The position numbers were made by a program, and so were the translations under genes. Positions 1-8,251 of a stretch of 24,075 nt of DNA are shown piece after piece. This DNA is from an uncultured bacterium (lineage in GTDB: Bacteria > Abyssobacteria > SURF-5). The notes beneath the pieces are model-generated. The model saw only the letters and a list, made by a program, of their open reading frames with translations, made no database searches and was not told where the DNA came from. Each line of letters starts with the position of its first letter. Positions within the stretch are counted from its first letter, which is position 1. Location of the stretch: positions 16,380-40,454 of the forward strand of contig CAZSKP010000040.1 in NCBI GenBank assembly GCA_964607485.1, in the 5' to 3' direction.

Positions 1-77
1 GGATGAGGGTGCGGACGGCCGCCCGGTGACGGCGCGCCCCCGCGCCCGCTCGGGACTAACGCGGCCGCTGCGCACAG

Positions 78-110
78 AAAAAGGCCGCGGGCAATGTGCC
101 CGCGGCCTTT
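78..110 (-). terminator. Rho-independent terminator of the pilMNOPQ operon
   Basis: GGCCGCGGGCA (83-93) / TGCCCGCGGCC (97-107) perfect 11-bp stem with 3-nt loop; AAAAA at 78-82 gives a U-tract on the minus strand; ~30 nt downstream of the pilQ stop. Confidence 0.85.
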
Positions 111-137
111 CGCGTGCCTGTCGGATCACTCCACCCG

Positions 138-2684
138 TTACCGGACGAGCTTCACTTGCGCGTTCGGATTTCGGGGAAGGTTAGCCAGTTCGTCGAATTT
201 AATCTTCTGTTCCGCGATAAGCGGAGGCGACTCGACGATATGGACGGTGATGAACACGAGCAGTTCCGTATCGCTGTAGTCGTTTGAAACGTTCCGGAAA
301 ATGTATTTCACTCCGGGCAGGTCGCCGAGGAGCGGAACTTTCGAGATGCTGTTGAGCTTGCGGTTCAGCCTCAGCCCGCCGAGCACTATCGTCTGGTGAT
401 TTTTGACGATGAGAGTGGTTTCGGCACGCCTGGTGTCGATGATCGGCACGCCGGTCACCGTGGTGTCGGATGGGAAATTCTGTTCCGGCTTTATCCGCAG
501 GATGACGTGCTCATCGTGCGTTATCTGGGGCTTCACTTGCAGCTTTGTCCCTATCTCCTTGAACGTGATGTTCGAGAGCTGTCCGCCGGAGCTTGTCTGC
601 GTGACATCGTTGTAGGGGAACTCCTCGATTATCTCTATGTTGGCCTCCTCGTTGTTGAGCGTGAGAATCTTCGGATTCGCGAGTATCCGGGATTCCGTGT
701 TGTCAACAACGGCCTCGATCAACGCCTCAAGTTTGAAATTGCTCATCACGCTGCCGAAGCTCAGGCTGAGACCGCCGGTCGATGCGAACGGCAGGTTGAC
801 GCCCAGCGAATCCGGATTGCCCTCGGCGTCGAGAGTCGAGTCGTTGGTATCGAACAGGTTCCACTGGATTCCGAGGTCGGCGGCGTCGGAGAGCACCGAG
901 TCGAGTATGAGCACCTCGATGAGCACCTGCTGAACACGTCTGTCGATCTGCGGAATTAGGCTGCGAATCCTTTCCATGTTGCCTGGGACATCGGTGACGA
1001 TGAGCATGTTGGTTCTCTCGTCGGTCTCAATGTTTCCATTCTTTGTGAGGAAGCTCTGCAGCGTGGTTTTCGCCTCGGTGGCGGTGGCATAGCTGAGCGT
1101 GAAGGTTTCGGTGGCCGTTTCGATTTGCTCACCTAACTGAGAGAGGGGCACAATCCGGACGATGTTATTCGTCTTGATGTATCCATAGCCGTTCACGTTC
1201 AGAATGGCATTCAGCGCAACGTCGAGCGGCACGTCGATCAATCTGACGGTAACCACTCCGCGCACGTCTCTTCCGGCGAGAATGTTGAACTTGCCCTTCC
1301 TCGCGAGAATGTCGAGTACCGAGCTGAGGTCGGCATCCCTGAATGTGAGAGTCACAAGATTCTCCTCGGGAGCGAGTTGCTGGACAGCCTCGGCTTTTTC
1401 CTCCACCTTGGGAGCGGGCGCCGCCGGGATCACGCTTTCCGGCTCCGCCTGCTCGACTGTTTGCAGGACGACGTCGACCTTCTCGCCGGGATTATCCTGC
1501 TCGGCAGCCGCGGGTTCGATGGCCTTGGCGACATCCTGCTTAACGTTCTCGACGGGCTGCTCTTCGGAAATCGCAACGGGTATTTCCACCGGCTCTTCGG
1601 GCGGTTCAGCCACGACCGGCTCTTCTTCCGTTTCCGTATGAAGCGCGGCAAGCATCAGAGAGGCGTCGTTCTCATTCTCGACAATTTCTGCCTCGGACAC
1701 ATCGGCGGTGTCCTCCGCCGTGGGCATTTCGGCTTCGGACTTCGCCATCTCACTCTGGGAGGGTCCGGGGTTTTCCGGCTCTTCGTTCACCGTCGGCGTG
1801 GCGGCGGGAACCTCTTCGTTCTCGGCCTCGGCCACTTCCACCACGGGGGCCGGGTCAACGACGACGGCGTCCTCTTCCATCTCCGCCTCCGCCAGAGTGT
1901 CGGCCGGGTCGTTTTCTTCGGCCACTGGCTCGGGGTCTATGGAGACCTCTTTCGTGGCATCGGACCTATCCACTGAGAGGTCGGCGATGACAGGAGCCCG
2001 GGCAAGCATGAAATCGACCTCGGGGGTCTCTGTATCCACCTCGACGGCGGGCACCGAAACCACTTCGCTGGGAACAACGTCATTCTCCTGAGACGTGTCT
2101 TCCGAGACCTCCGCCTCTGTCGTTTCGACTTCGTTCTCTCCCGCATCCGCCGTCTCCTCTGCGGCCGGTTCCGGCGTGGAGAGCGGCGCCGAGATGACGA
2201 GAGTGTTTCCCTCGCTCGTGATTTCGGGCGTCACGTTTTCGTCCAGGTCGAGGACGACCCTCGATATGAGCGAGGGGTCCACCCTATACTGGCTGTTGCG
2301 AACGTTTCTGATCGGGTCTTTCTCCCCCAGGGAGAACTCCGAATCGTCCGAAAGATTTATGGTATTGCGCAGGTCAACGACCAGCCTTCTGTTTTCCTTA
2401 TACAGATAGGAGTCGTAGGAGGGCAAGCCGCTGAGCTGAAGCACCACGGAGACATTTTCTCCGTCGGGCATGACGTCGACGGCGTACAGCGTGTTCGCCT
2501 GCTGAGCGGCGTTGACGACCGCCGGGTCCAGACCATCGAGCCCCAGGGCTTCGAGCATGTGTATCTTTCGCTCCTCGATGCTCGCGCCTGAAAACGCGGG
2601 AGGGGAGAGCAAACCAACCAGTAGTACTGTGGCGACTGCTATCAGAAAGATGCTCGATTTCTTTTTTCTCACGAGGCTGCCCAT
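138..2684 (-). CDS. pilQ: Type IV pilus secretin PilQ (signal peptide, AMIN domain, long acidic linker, N0/STN, N3, secretin domain)
   Basis: AMIN-like RRLVVDLRNT...SRVVLDL; N0 VTLTFRDADLSSVLDILA...VTVRLIDVP; N3 DERTNMLIVTD; secretin motifs QVLIEVLI, PKILTLNNEEA, GTKLQVKPQI, IVLGGL, KVPLLGDLPGVKYIFR, ELLVFIT; last gene of a pilMNOP run. Confidence 0.93.
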   Translation of the reverse strand: MGSLVRKKKSSIFLIAVATVLLVGLLSPPAFSGASIEERKIHMLEALGLDGLDPAVVNAAQQANTLYAVDVMPDGENVSVVLQLSGLPSYDSYLYKENRRLVVDLRNTINLSDDSEFSLGEKDPIRNVRNSQYRVDPSLISRVVLDLDENVTPEITSEGNTLVISAPLSTPEPAAEETADAGENEVETTEAEVSEDTSQENDVVPSEVVSVPAVEVDTETPEVDFMLARAPVIADLSVDRSDATKEVSIDPEPVAEENDPADTLAEAEMEEDAVVVDPAPVVEVAEAENEEVPAATPTVNEEPENPGPSQSEMAKSEAEMPTAEDTADVSEAEIVENENDASLMLAALHTETEEEPVVAEPPEEPVEIPVAISEEQPVENVKQDVAKAIEPAAAEQDNPGEKVDVVLQTVEQAEPESVIPAAPAPKVEEKAEAVQQLAPEENLVTLTFRDADLSSVLDILARKGKFNILAGRDVRGVVTVRLIDVPLDVALNAILNVNGYGYIKTNNIVRIVPLSQLGEQIETATETFTLSYATATEAKTTLQSFLTKNGNIETDERTNMLIVTDVPGNMERIRSLIPQIDRRVQQVLIEVLILDSVLSDAADLGIQWNLFDTNDSTLDAEGNPDSLGVNLPFASTGGLSLSFGSVMSNFKLEALIEAVVDNTESRILANPKILTLNNEEANIEIIEEFPYNDVTQTSSGGQLSNITFKEIGTKLQVKPQITHDEHVILRIKPEQNFPSDTTVTGVPIIDTRRAETTLIVKNHQTIVLGGLRLNRKLNSISKVPLLGDLPGVKYIFRNVSNDYSDTELLVFITVHIVESPPLIAEQKIKFDELANLPRNPNAQVKLVR

Positions 2685-2691
2685 TTTTCAC

Positions 2692-3246
2692 CTACTCCTC
2701 TCTGAAGACCAAAAAGTAGTTTTTCCCTTGATTGGAAAATTTCACGATGTCGGACGATATCTCGGTGATGACCGACCCGTCGTCCAACATCTCACCAACG
2801 CCCACCACTTGATTGTTGATGATCGCCAGCGGCTCGACGTCATTCCACACGATTCCCTCGATGCTATAGCCCATCGAGAGCGCGTCGCTGGGGCCGAGCG
2901 CAACCTTTGCAGCGGGCCCGCTGACCTTCGGCTCGTCGGCCTTCTGCTCGGAGACCAGGGGAGTCATCGGGTTTCTAAAAGCTTTACTCTTGAAAGGCAG
3001 GTTGTCCTCCGTCACCGTCGCGATGAAGTTCGCGTAATCGGCGGCCGACGTGGGCGCCGATGCGACCTGAACCGAGGCCGCCGCGGTCTGGGAGGTGGGC
3101 ACAATCGGCGAAGGCGTCGGCGCTGCAACGGCGTTGCTCACCGTGCTAGTGGTCGAGGGAAATGCGCCCATGACCTGGTACAGGACGACTGCCACCGCCG
3201 CGATGCCGAGCACTATGGCCAGTATGGTTTTCTTGTCTACCTTCAT
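2692..3246 (-). CDS. pilP: PilP-like type IV pilus assembly protein (N-terminal TM anchor, C-terminal beta domain)
   Basis: Sits between pilO and pilQ; N-terminal hydrophobic helix; FRNPMTP and IEGIVWNDVEPLAIINNQVVGVGEML resemble PilP/GspC-HR type domains; ATGA overlap with the pilO stop. Confidence 0.65.
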   Translation of the reverse strand: MKVDKKTILAIVLGIAAVAVVLYQVMGAFPSTTSTVSNAVAAPTPSPIVPTSQTAAASVQVASAPTSAADYANFIATVTEDNLPFKSKAFRNPMTPLVSEQKADEPKVSGPAAKVALGPSDALSMGYSIEGIVWNDVEPLAIINNQVVGVGEMLDDGSVITEISSDIVKFSNQGKNYFLVFREE

Positions 3247-3848
3247 GATTGGGTCACCCCGCCTTCGCTTCCCTTTTCCTTGCTCACGAACATATAGGTG
3301 CTGATGATGAAATTGGCTTCGCTTTCACCTTTGTCTTCGGGCCCTATGTCGAGGTCCTCAACCTTGATGAAACGGCTGCCGAACTCGAGGCTCCGGAGAA
3401 ACTCCCCTATCTGGGGGTACGCGCCCTTGACGCTGACTCTGTACGGGAGTCGAACGTACAATTCCTTTTCGTCTATCGGCTCGGCGGTAATCGACTGGTA
3501 CTTGACGCCGCTCAGTTCGGCTATCTTCTGGAACTGACGGAGCAATCGGGGAACCTCTTTGTCCGTCGGCAGCTTGTCTTCGAAACTGGATATCTTTTCC
3601 TTCACCTGCTCGATCTCTTTCACGAGGCCGTCCTTCCTGGACGCTATCACTCGGGCCTCGTTCAGCTCGGCCTGCTTCGCGGTGATCTTGGCCTGCACCT
3701 GGTTCATCTGTCCCTTGGCAAAGCTGAGGGCGACGAAATAGACCAGCGTGACCAGGACGAGCAGGAACAGCGACACCCCGATTATGATCCAGTCAGTTTT
3801 CGTGATCACTCTGTTTTTGAAGAAATCCATGGCTTTCCTGCCTTTCAC
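3243..3848 (-). CDS. pilO: Type IV pilus assembly protein PilO
   Basis: TM helix, coiled coil, then LPTDKEVPRLL...YVRLPYRVSVKGAYPQIGEFL...RFIKV. GTG start overlaps the pilN stop; alternative ATG at 3830. Confidence 0.88.
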   Translation of the reverse strand: MKGRKAMDFFKNRVITKTDWIIIGVSLFLLVLVTLVYFVALSFAKGQMNQVQAKITAKQAELNEARVIASRKDGLVKEIEQVKEKISSFEDKLPTDKEVPRLLRQFQKIAELSGVKYQSITAEPIDEKELYVRLPYRVSVKGAYPQIGEFLRSLEFGSRFIKVEDLDIGPEDKGESEANFIISTYMFVSKEKGSEGGVTQS

Positions 3849-4501
3849 TGTCCAATTTCGCAGTCCATGATGAACTTCATGACCGTATGGTCTTTGTAAT
3901 CACGTCGTTCTATGGAACGCATCTCCGGAGCGATAAATCGCTTCGAGAAGACCTTATCCCTCTCGATGTTGCGAATGAGCTGTCCGACCAGTTCCACGCC
4001 TTTTTCGCGTTGCGGCGAAAGAGCGTACCCGCTCAGGCGCAGCGCGGGGAAGGACTGGACCACCGTCTTCTTGATTGTCGGGGGCTGGCCCGCGGTGCGG
4101 TTGGGGTTGGGAACTTCGACGGTAACGGGACGCCTGCGAGTGCTCAATCCCACCTGTTCGAGCCAGATCTCATCGGGCACGAGACCGGCGCACACGTACA
4201 GCTCGTGCGACCAGACGGTGCGGCCGTCCGTTATCTGAACGACGGCCTGCTCCTTCTGTGAGAGCAACTGTTTGTCCTGCTCGAGCAGCTTGACCTGATT
4301 GACAACGTCCTCGAGGCTGGCAAGTTCGGTCTCGAGCCCTGCGAGGTCTCGGTTGCTCTTGATGAGTTCCGCATAAGTCGCGGCCAGGCTGCTGCCGAAA
4401 TACAGGAAGAGAACGGCGGCGAGCCCGACTACGGCTACGTACGGAATGAAATTCCTCTTCTTAGGAACTAATTCTCTGGGGAGCAGATTAATGTTAATCA
4501 T
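3845..4501 (-). CDS. pilN: Type IV pilus assembly protein PilN
   Basis: N-terminal ININLLP PilM-binding motif, TM helix, coiled coil, VPDEIWL and LRLSGYA motifs; ATGA overlap with pilM. Confidence 0.9.
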   Translation of the reverse strand: MININLLPRELVPKKRNFIPYVAVVGLAAVLFLYFGSSLAATYAELIKSNRDLAGLETELASLEDVVNQVKLLEQDKQLLSQKEQAVVQITDGRTVWSHELYVCAGLVPDEIWLEQVGLSTRRRPVTVEVPNPNRTAGQPPTIKKTVVQSFPALRLSGYALSPQREKGVELVGQLIRNIERDKVFSKRFIAPEMRSIERRDYKDHTVMKFIMDCEIGQ

Positions 4502-5682
4502 AGCTCTTGAATCCCCCTGGCCGCCAGGCCGACTGCTACGTTGAACTGAGCCCGGTTTTCTATCAGATCCTTGACATCGGAAGAACCTTCCTCGACGATC
4601 AGCGACTGCACCGGATTGACGATCTCCACCGGCACGCCCGTCGCATCGGCGAGGGACTGGTCGAGGCCCGGAAACATCGCGGTTCCCCCGCTGAGCACGA
4701 GTCGGTCCACGTTCTTCTCATAGAGCTGTTTTTCGTAATAGTCGATCGACCGCCTTATCTCGCCTATGAGCCGGTTGAGCGCAGGCCGGGTCGCGTTCAC
4801 GATGCGGCTCGCGTCGTCCGTCTTCATCTTCGACATCGGCTCGGTCGTCTCCTCGCCGCCGTTGTCCCCCTGGCCTTCAAGGGAGAAGTCGGGCTGTTCG
4901 GACACGGGAGCGATTTCAAGGTTTTCGAGCATGCTGTCAGCGGTCTTGCCGTACGGACTGCGGGCATAGTCGACCTTCATCTTCTCCGCTTCGGGGAAGT
5001 CGGCCTTCAGGAGCTTCTGAATGGCCGAGGTCAGGTCTCTGCCTCCGCGCGATATGTCGCGGGTGAAGTTCGATATTCCGTCGCGGCAGAAGTGGATATT
5101 CGTAGAGGAGGCGCCGATGTTGACGAGCGCGACCGTTTCATCCGGCCTGAATCCACCATTTACCTCGAATGCGTCGGCTATGGCGAGGGTGGTGATCCCC
5201 AGTATATTGGCCGTGAGGCCGACGCCTCGCAAAAGGTCGATTGTCTGATTGATCATCTCGTTCTTGGCCGCCACCAGCAATATCTTCATGATGGTCTCGC
5301 CGCGTTCGGTGATCTCTTCGAGCATGACCGAATCCATCGACACCTCGGTCAGGTCGTAAGGGAGATTCTGGTCGGCCTCCAGCTCGATGGAGCTCTTCAG
5401 TTCCTCGGGGGGCATCTTGGGGAAACGAAGGTATCTAATGAAGGTGTCCTGTCCCGGAAGGGCGGTGACGACCACGGACTTCTTTACCGCGAACGTCGAT
5501 GCCACCGTTCTCAGCGCGCGAACAGTTTCCTCGACTTGCCTGTCCTTATCGGTTTGCGAGTCAAGGTTCAAGAGGACGGCTTTGTCCACCTTTGCGCTGC
5601 TCCCAAAGTTGGAAAGCTGAACAGCCTTGACTGAATGAGTACCCACGTCAACGCCTATCGTTGTCTTCGGTTTTGCAAGCAT
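4498..5682 (-). CDS. pilM: Type IV pilus assembly protein PilM (actin-like fold)
   Basis: IGVDVGTHSVKAV, ALVNIGASSTN, TRDISRGGRDLT, EIRRSIDYY, LVLSGGTA, VAVGLAARG; RBS GAGGGAG upstream. Confidence 0.93.
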   Translation of the reverse strand: MLAKPKTTIGVDVGTHSVKAVQLSNFGSSAKVDKAVLLNLDSQTDKDRQVEETVRALRTVASTFAVKKSVVVTALPGQDTFIRYLRFPKMPPEELKSSIELEADQNLPYDLTEVSMDSVMLEEITERGETIMKILLVAAKNEMINQTIDLLRGVGLTANILGITTLAIADAFEVNGGFRPDETVALVNIGASSTNIHFCRDGISNFTRDISRGGRDLTSAIQKLLKADFPEAEKMKVDYARSPYGKTADSMLENLEIAPVSEQPDFSLEGQGDNGGEETTEPMSKMKTDDASRIVNATRPALNRLIGEIRRSIDYYEKQLYEKNVDRLVLSGGTAMFPGLDQSLADATGVPVEIVNPVQSLIVEEGSSDVKDLIENRAQFNVAVGLAARGIQEL

Positions 5683-5753
5683 TGTCTGTCTCCCTCTATC
5701 AATGCCGACACATTTTGCGGCGAGTGACCGTTTGTGATCGACGGTTTCGGTTG

Positions 5754-5770
5754 AGCAAGAACGGTGCCAA
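5754..5770 (-). promoter_or_regulatory. Sigma-54 (-24/-12) promoter of pilMNOPQ
   Basis: Minus strand reads TTGGCAC-CGTTC-TTGCT, matching TGGCAC-N5-TTGCW, ~70 nt upstream of the pilM ATG. Confidence 0.85.
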
Positions 5771-5786
5771 AATTCTTTGGAGAACG

Positions 5787-5799
5787 TAAGCCCTTGTAG
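5787..5799 (-). promoter_or_regulatory. Possible IHF binding site upstream of the sigma-54 promoter
   Basis: Minus strand CTACAAGGGCTTA partly matches WATCAANNNNTTR, with an AT-rich flank, at the position expected for IHF at sigma-54 promoters. Confidence 0.35.
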
Positions 5800-6403
5800 A
5801 ATATGAAATTAGATGGCTTCTCCCGGGTAGAACATTTTTTTGCCGGATTACAAACTTGTACAGCCGCCGCCGAGCGCAGTAGGAAAATACTTTCGGCACT
5901 TCTCCCCACAAAGTCCGTTTCTGCACCGTTCGTTCAGGAGCCCGCCGGCAGCGGCACCGCGCCCACCGCGCCGATACCGCGTCCATCTCCCGCTTGAGCA
6001 TAAACGGCTGTAAAGTCATGGGTTGTGAAAGCATCATTCTGTCACCCGCGCGCCCTGCCGGCCCCGCGCGCGGCCTTGTCTGCGCTACACGCCGCGCTCC
6101 GGAAGGGTGCAATTTTCGTCGCCGCTACAATAAACGTAATGGGGAATGTACAATTTTCTGCCATTCCCGTAGCCCGGCCCATTCGACAATACCGGAGAAG
6201 GACTCCTGCCGGAACTGTATTTTGCATGGCGGGCGCGTCGCCATTGAAGCGACAATTAACAAAAAGTTCCTTGACCAGCCCCAGCCCGGCGCGCAAGACT
6301 GAGTATGAGCTGCGCTCACTAACCAGAGGAGGCGACACACCCGCGTGCAGGATGTGTGCCACCGCGTCTTCCTTGATTTGAAACGATGGCGAAAGGAGAC
6401 AGC

Positions 6404-6898
6404 GTGTATATACGACGGTCGGAGAAACGACGCATATTCAGATTGTTCGCCGCAGGAAAAACGCCCGAGGAGGTGGCCGAGGCGCTCGACGGCTCAAGTG
6501 GCCCTGCCGCCGGCGTTCGCATCGACGCCTCGACAGCCGAGAGGCTCTTCCAGCAATATCTCGCCCTCCCCATCGGTGAGAAACTGCGCCTCACGCTCAT
6601 GGCCGAGTGCGTGTCGAACCGGCTGCACCGGCTGATGGACGACATCTCCGACCTCACGCGCGTCGACGCGCTCCTGACCGAGGCGGATGAGAAGGCGCTC
6701 GTTTCGCTGCTCGATATCAAGCGCAAGATAAAAGAACGGATGGCGAAGGAACATGCGCCGGACTCCGAAGCCCCGCCGGAGCCTGCCGACGAAGAGGTGG
6801 AGAATGAGATCGACCGGTACTATGAGAAGATTTTCGACAGCCCGCCGAATACGGAACAGGTGCGCCCAAGACATCCTCTCGATGGCGCGCCTTCTTGA
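6404..6898 (+). CDS. HTH-containing protein, putative terminase small subunit
   Basis: N-terminal HTH-like EKRRIFRLFAAGKTPEEVAEAL, helical middle, acidic tail; directly upstream of and overlapping terL. GTG 6404 has RBS AAAGGAG; the track's ATG 6386 has none. Confidence 0.6.
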   Translation: MYIRRSEKRRIFRLFAAGKTPEEVAEALDGSSGPAAGVRIDASTAERLFQQYLALPIGEKLRLTLMAECVSNRLHRLMDDISDLTRVDALLTEADEKALVSLLDIKRKIKERMAKEHAPDSEAPPEPADEEVENEIDRYYEKIFDSPPNTEQVRPRHPLDGAPS

Positions 6899-8183
6899 TT
6901 GCGACGTGGCGCCTGCGCACAGGCGCATGGCCGAAGCCATCGCACCGCTCGCGCCGACCGTGGCGGGGGCGCCGACCCTGGTGGAGTCACCGACGCTTCC
7001 GCGCTCGCTCGTCCTCGCGCCGCGCGGGTTCGGCAAATCGACGCTGCTCACGGTCGTCCGCTGCGTCTTCGAGATCGTCCGCAATCCCGACGTGCGCATC
7101 CTTCTCGCAAGCAACACGCAGGCGCAGGCCGAGGCGTTCGTGCGCGAGGTGCGCGGCCACCTCGAGCGGAACGGCGTGTTCCGCAGAATCTTCGGCGACC
7201 TCGTCGGACCGAAGTGGACCGACCGCGAGCTCATCGTCGGCGCGAGAAAGCGGATCGCGAAGGAGCCGACCATCTATGCGACCGGCGTCGGCGGCTCGGT
7301 CATATCGCGCCATTTCGACCTCATCATCTGCGACGACATCGTCGACGAGGAAAACTCCAGGACCGAACTGCAGCGCGAGAAGCTGAGGATATGGTTCTTC
7401 AAGACGCTGCTCCCCTGCCTCGAGCCCGACGGCGAGCTATGCGTCGTCGGCACGCGCTACCACTACCGCGACCTGTATGCGCATCTTATCGAGACGGGCT
7501 TCGTGCCGTCGGTCACCATCATTCGCGCGATCGACGCCGGGGGCGAAAGCCCGTGGCCGGAGAAATTCCCCGTCGAGCGGCTCGAACGCATCCGGCGCGA
7601 GGCGGGCACCGTCATATTCAACGCGCAGTACCAGAACGACACCGAGGCGATGAAAGGGGCCGTGTTCAAGGAAGAGTGGCTGCGGTTCTACGACGAGCCT
7701 CCGGCGCCGCTCAGGATTTTCCAGGGCGTCGACCTCGCCGTCGCGCAGCATGCGGGCTCGGATTTCTTCGCCATCGTGACGATAGGCGCCGACGTGTGGG
7801 GGAACATCTACGTGCTCGACTGCCACCAGGCGCGGCTGAGCTTCAGGCGGCAGACGGCGGCCATCGCGGAACGATTCCGGCGGTTCGACCCCGTCAAGGT
7901 TGCGATAGAATCGAACGCGTACCAGGCGGCGCAGGCCGACATCCTGAGGGAGCTCGGGCTGGCGCGCGTGGCGAAGGTGTACACGACGCGCGACAAGCTC
8001 TCGCGCGCGTGGAAGCTGTCGGCGCTGTTCGAGGACGGCCGCGTCTGGCTCGGTCGCACCATGCACGAACTCGTCGAGCAGCTTCTCTCCTTTCCCGAGT
8101 CCGAGCACGACGACCTGTTCGACGCGCTCGACCTCGCCGTCTCCATCTCCGCCTCCCACGGCCCCCGCATGCGCTTCTGCTGA
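6804..8183 (+). CDS. terL: Phage terminase large subunit (ATPase plus RNase H-like nuclease)
   Basis: Walker A LAPRGFGKST, LLASNTQAQAE, Walker B LIICDD, coupling motif VGTRYH, nuclease GVDLA, DFFAIV, IESNAYQ, DKLSRA, HDDLFDA. Start uncertain: ATG 6804 (RBS GAGGTGGAG), 6822 or 6882. Confidence 0.9.
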   Translation: MRSTGTMRRFSTARRIRNRCAQDILSMARLLDCDVAPAHRRMAEAIAPLAPTVAGAPTLVESPTLPRSLVLAPRGFGKSTLLTVVRCVFEIVRNPDVRILLASNTQAQAEAFVREVRGHLERNGVFRRIFGDLVGPKWTDRELIVGARKRIAKEPTIYATGVGGSVISRHFDLIICDDIVDEENSRTELQREKLRIWFFKTLLPCLEPDGELCVVGTRYHYRDLYAHLIETGFVPSVTIIRAIDAGGESPWPEKFPVERLERIRREAGTVIFNAQYQNDTEAMKGAVFKEEWLRFYDEPPAPLRIFQGVDLAVAQHAGSDFFAIVTIGADVWGNIYVLDCHQARLSFRRQTAAIAERFRRFDPVKVAIESNAYQAAQADILRELGLARVAKVYTTRDKLSRAWKLSALFEDGRVWLGRTMHELVEQLLSFPESEHDDLFDALDLAVSISASHGPRMRFC

Positions 8184-8251
8184 GTGACAGAGCGCCCCCT
8201 AGTCCATCTCCATCTCCCGTGACATATTTGTGTTAAGGAGGTGGAGGGAAG

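Noticed and set aside
2398-2694. Genome-wide TAG recoding, suggested by the open frame after the pilP TAG
   Set aside because: The extension would overlap pilQ out of frame with non-protein-like sequence; the pilP TAG and TAG 13053 behave as real stops.
4507-5634. 375-aa antisense ORF, and similar long ones (6899-8236, 9124-10248, 17723-18985, 21324-22796, 23298-24023)
   Set aside because: Shadow frames of well-supported genes in GC-rich DNA, without recognisable motifs.
138-5682. Type II secretion system instead of type IV pilus
   Set aside because: PilM, the PilN INLLP motif, PilO and an AMIN-containing secretin in MNOPQ order indicate type IVa pilus genes.
6205-6227. Second sigma-54 promoter facing terS (GGAACTGTATTTTGC)
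   Set aside because: GG-to-GC spacing is 11 nt rather than the required 10.
5699-6381. Small ORFs in the pilM-terS intergenic region
   Set aside because: Mutually overlapping, no clear RBS or motifs, and they run across promoter elements.
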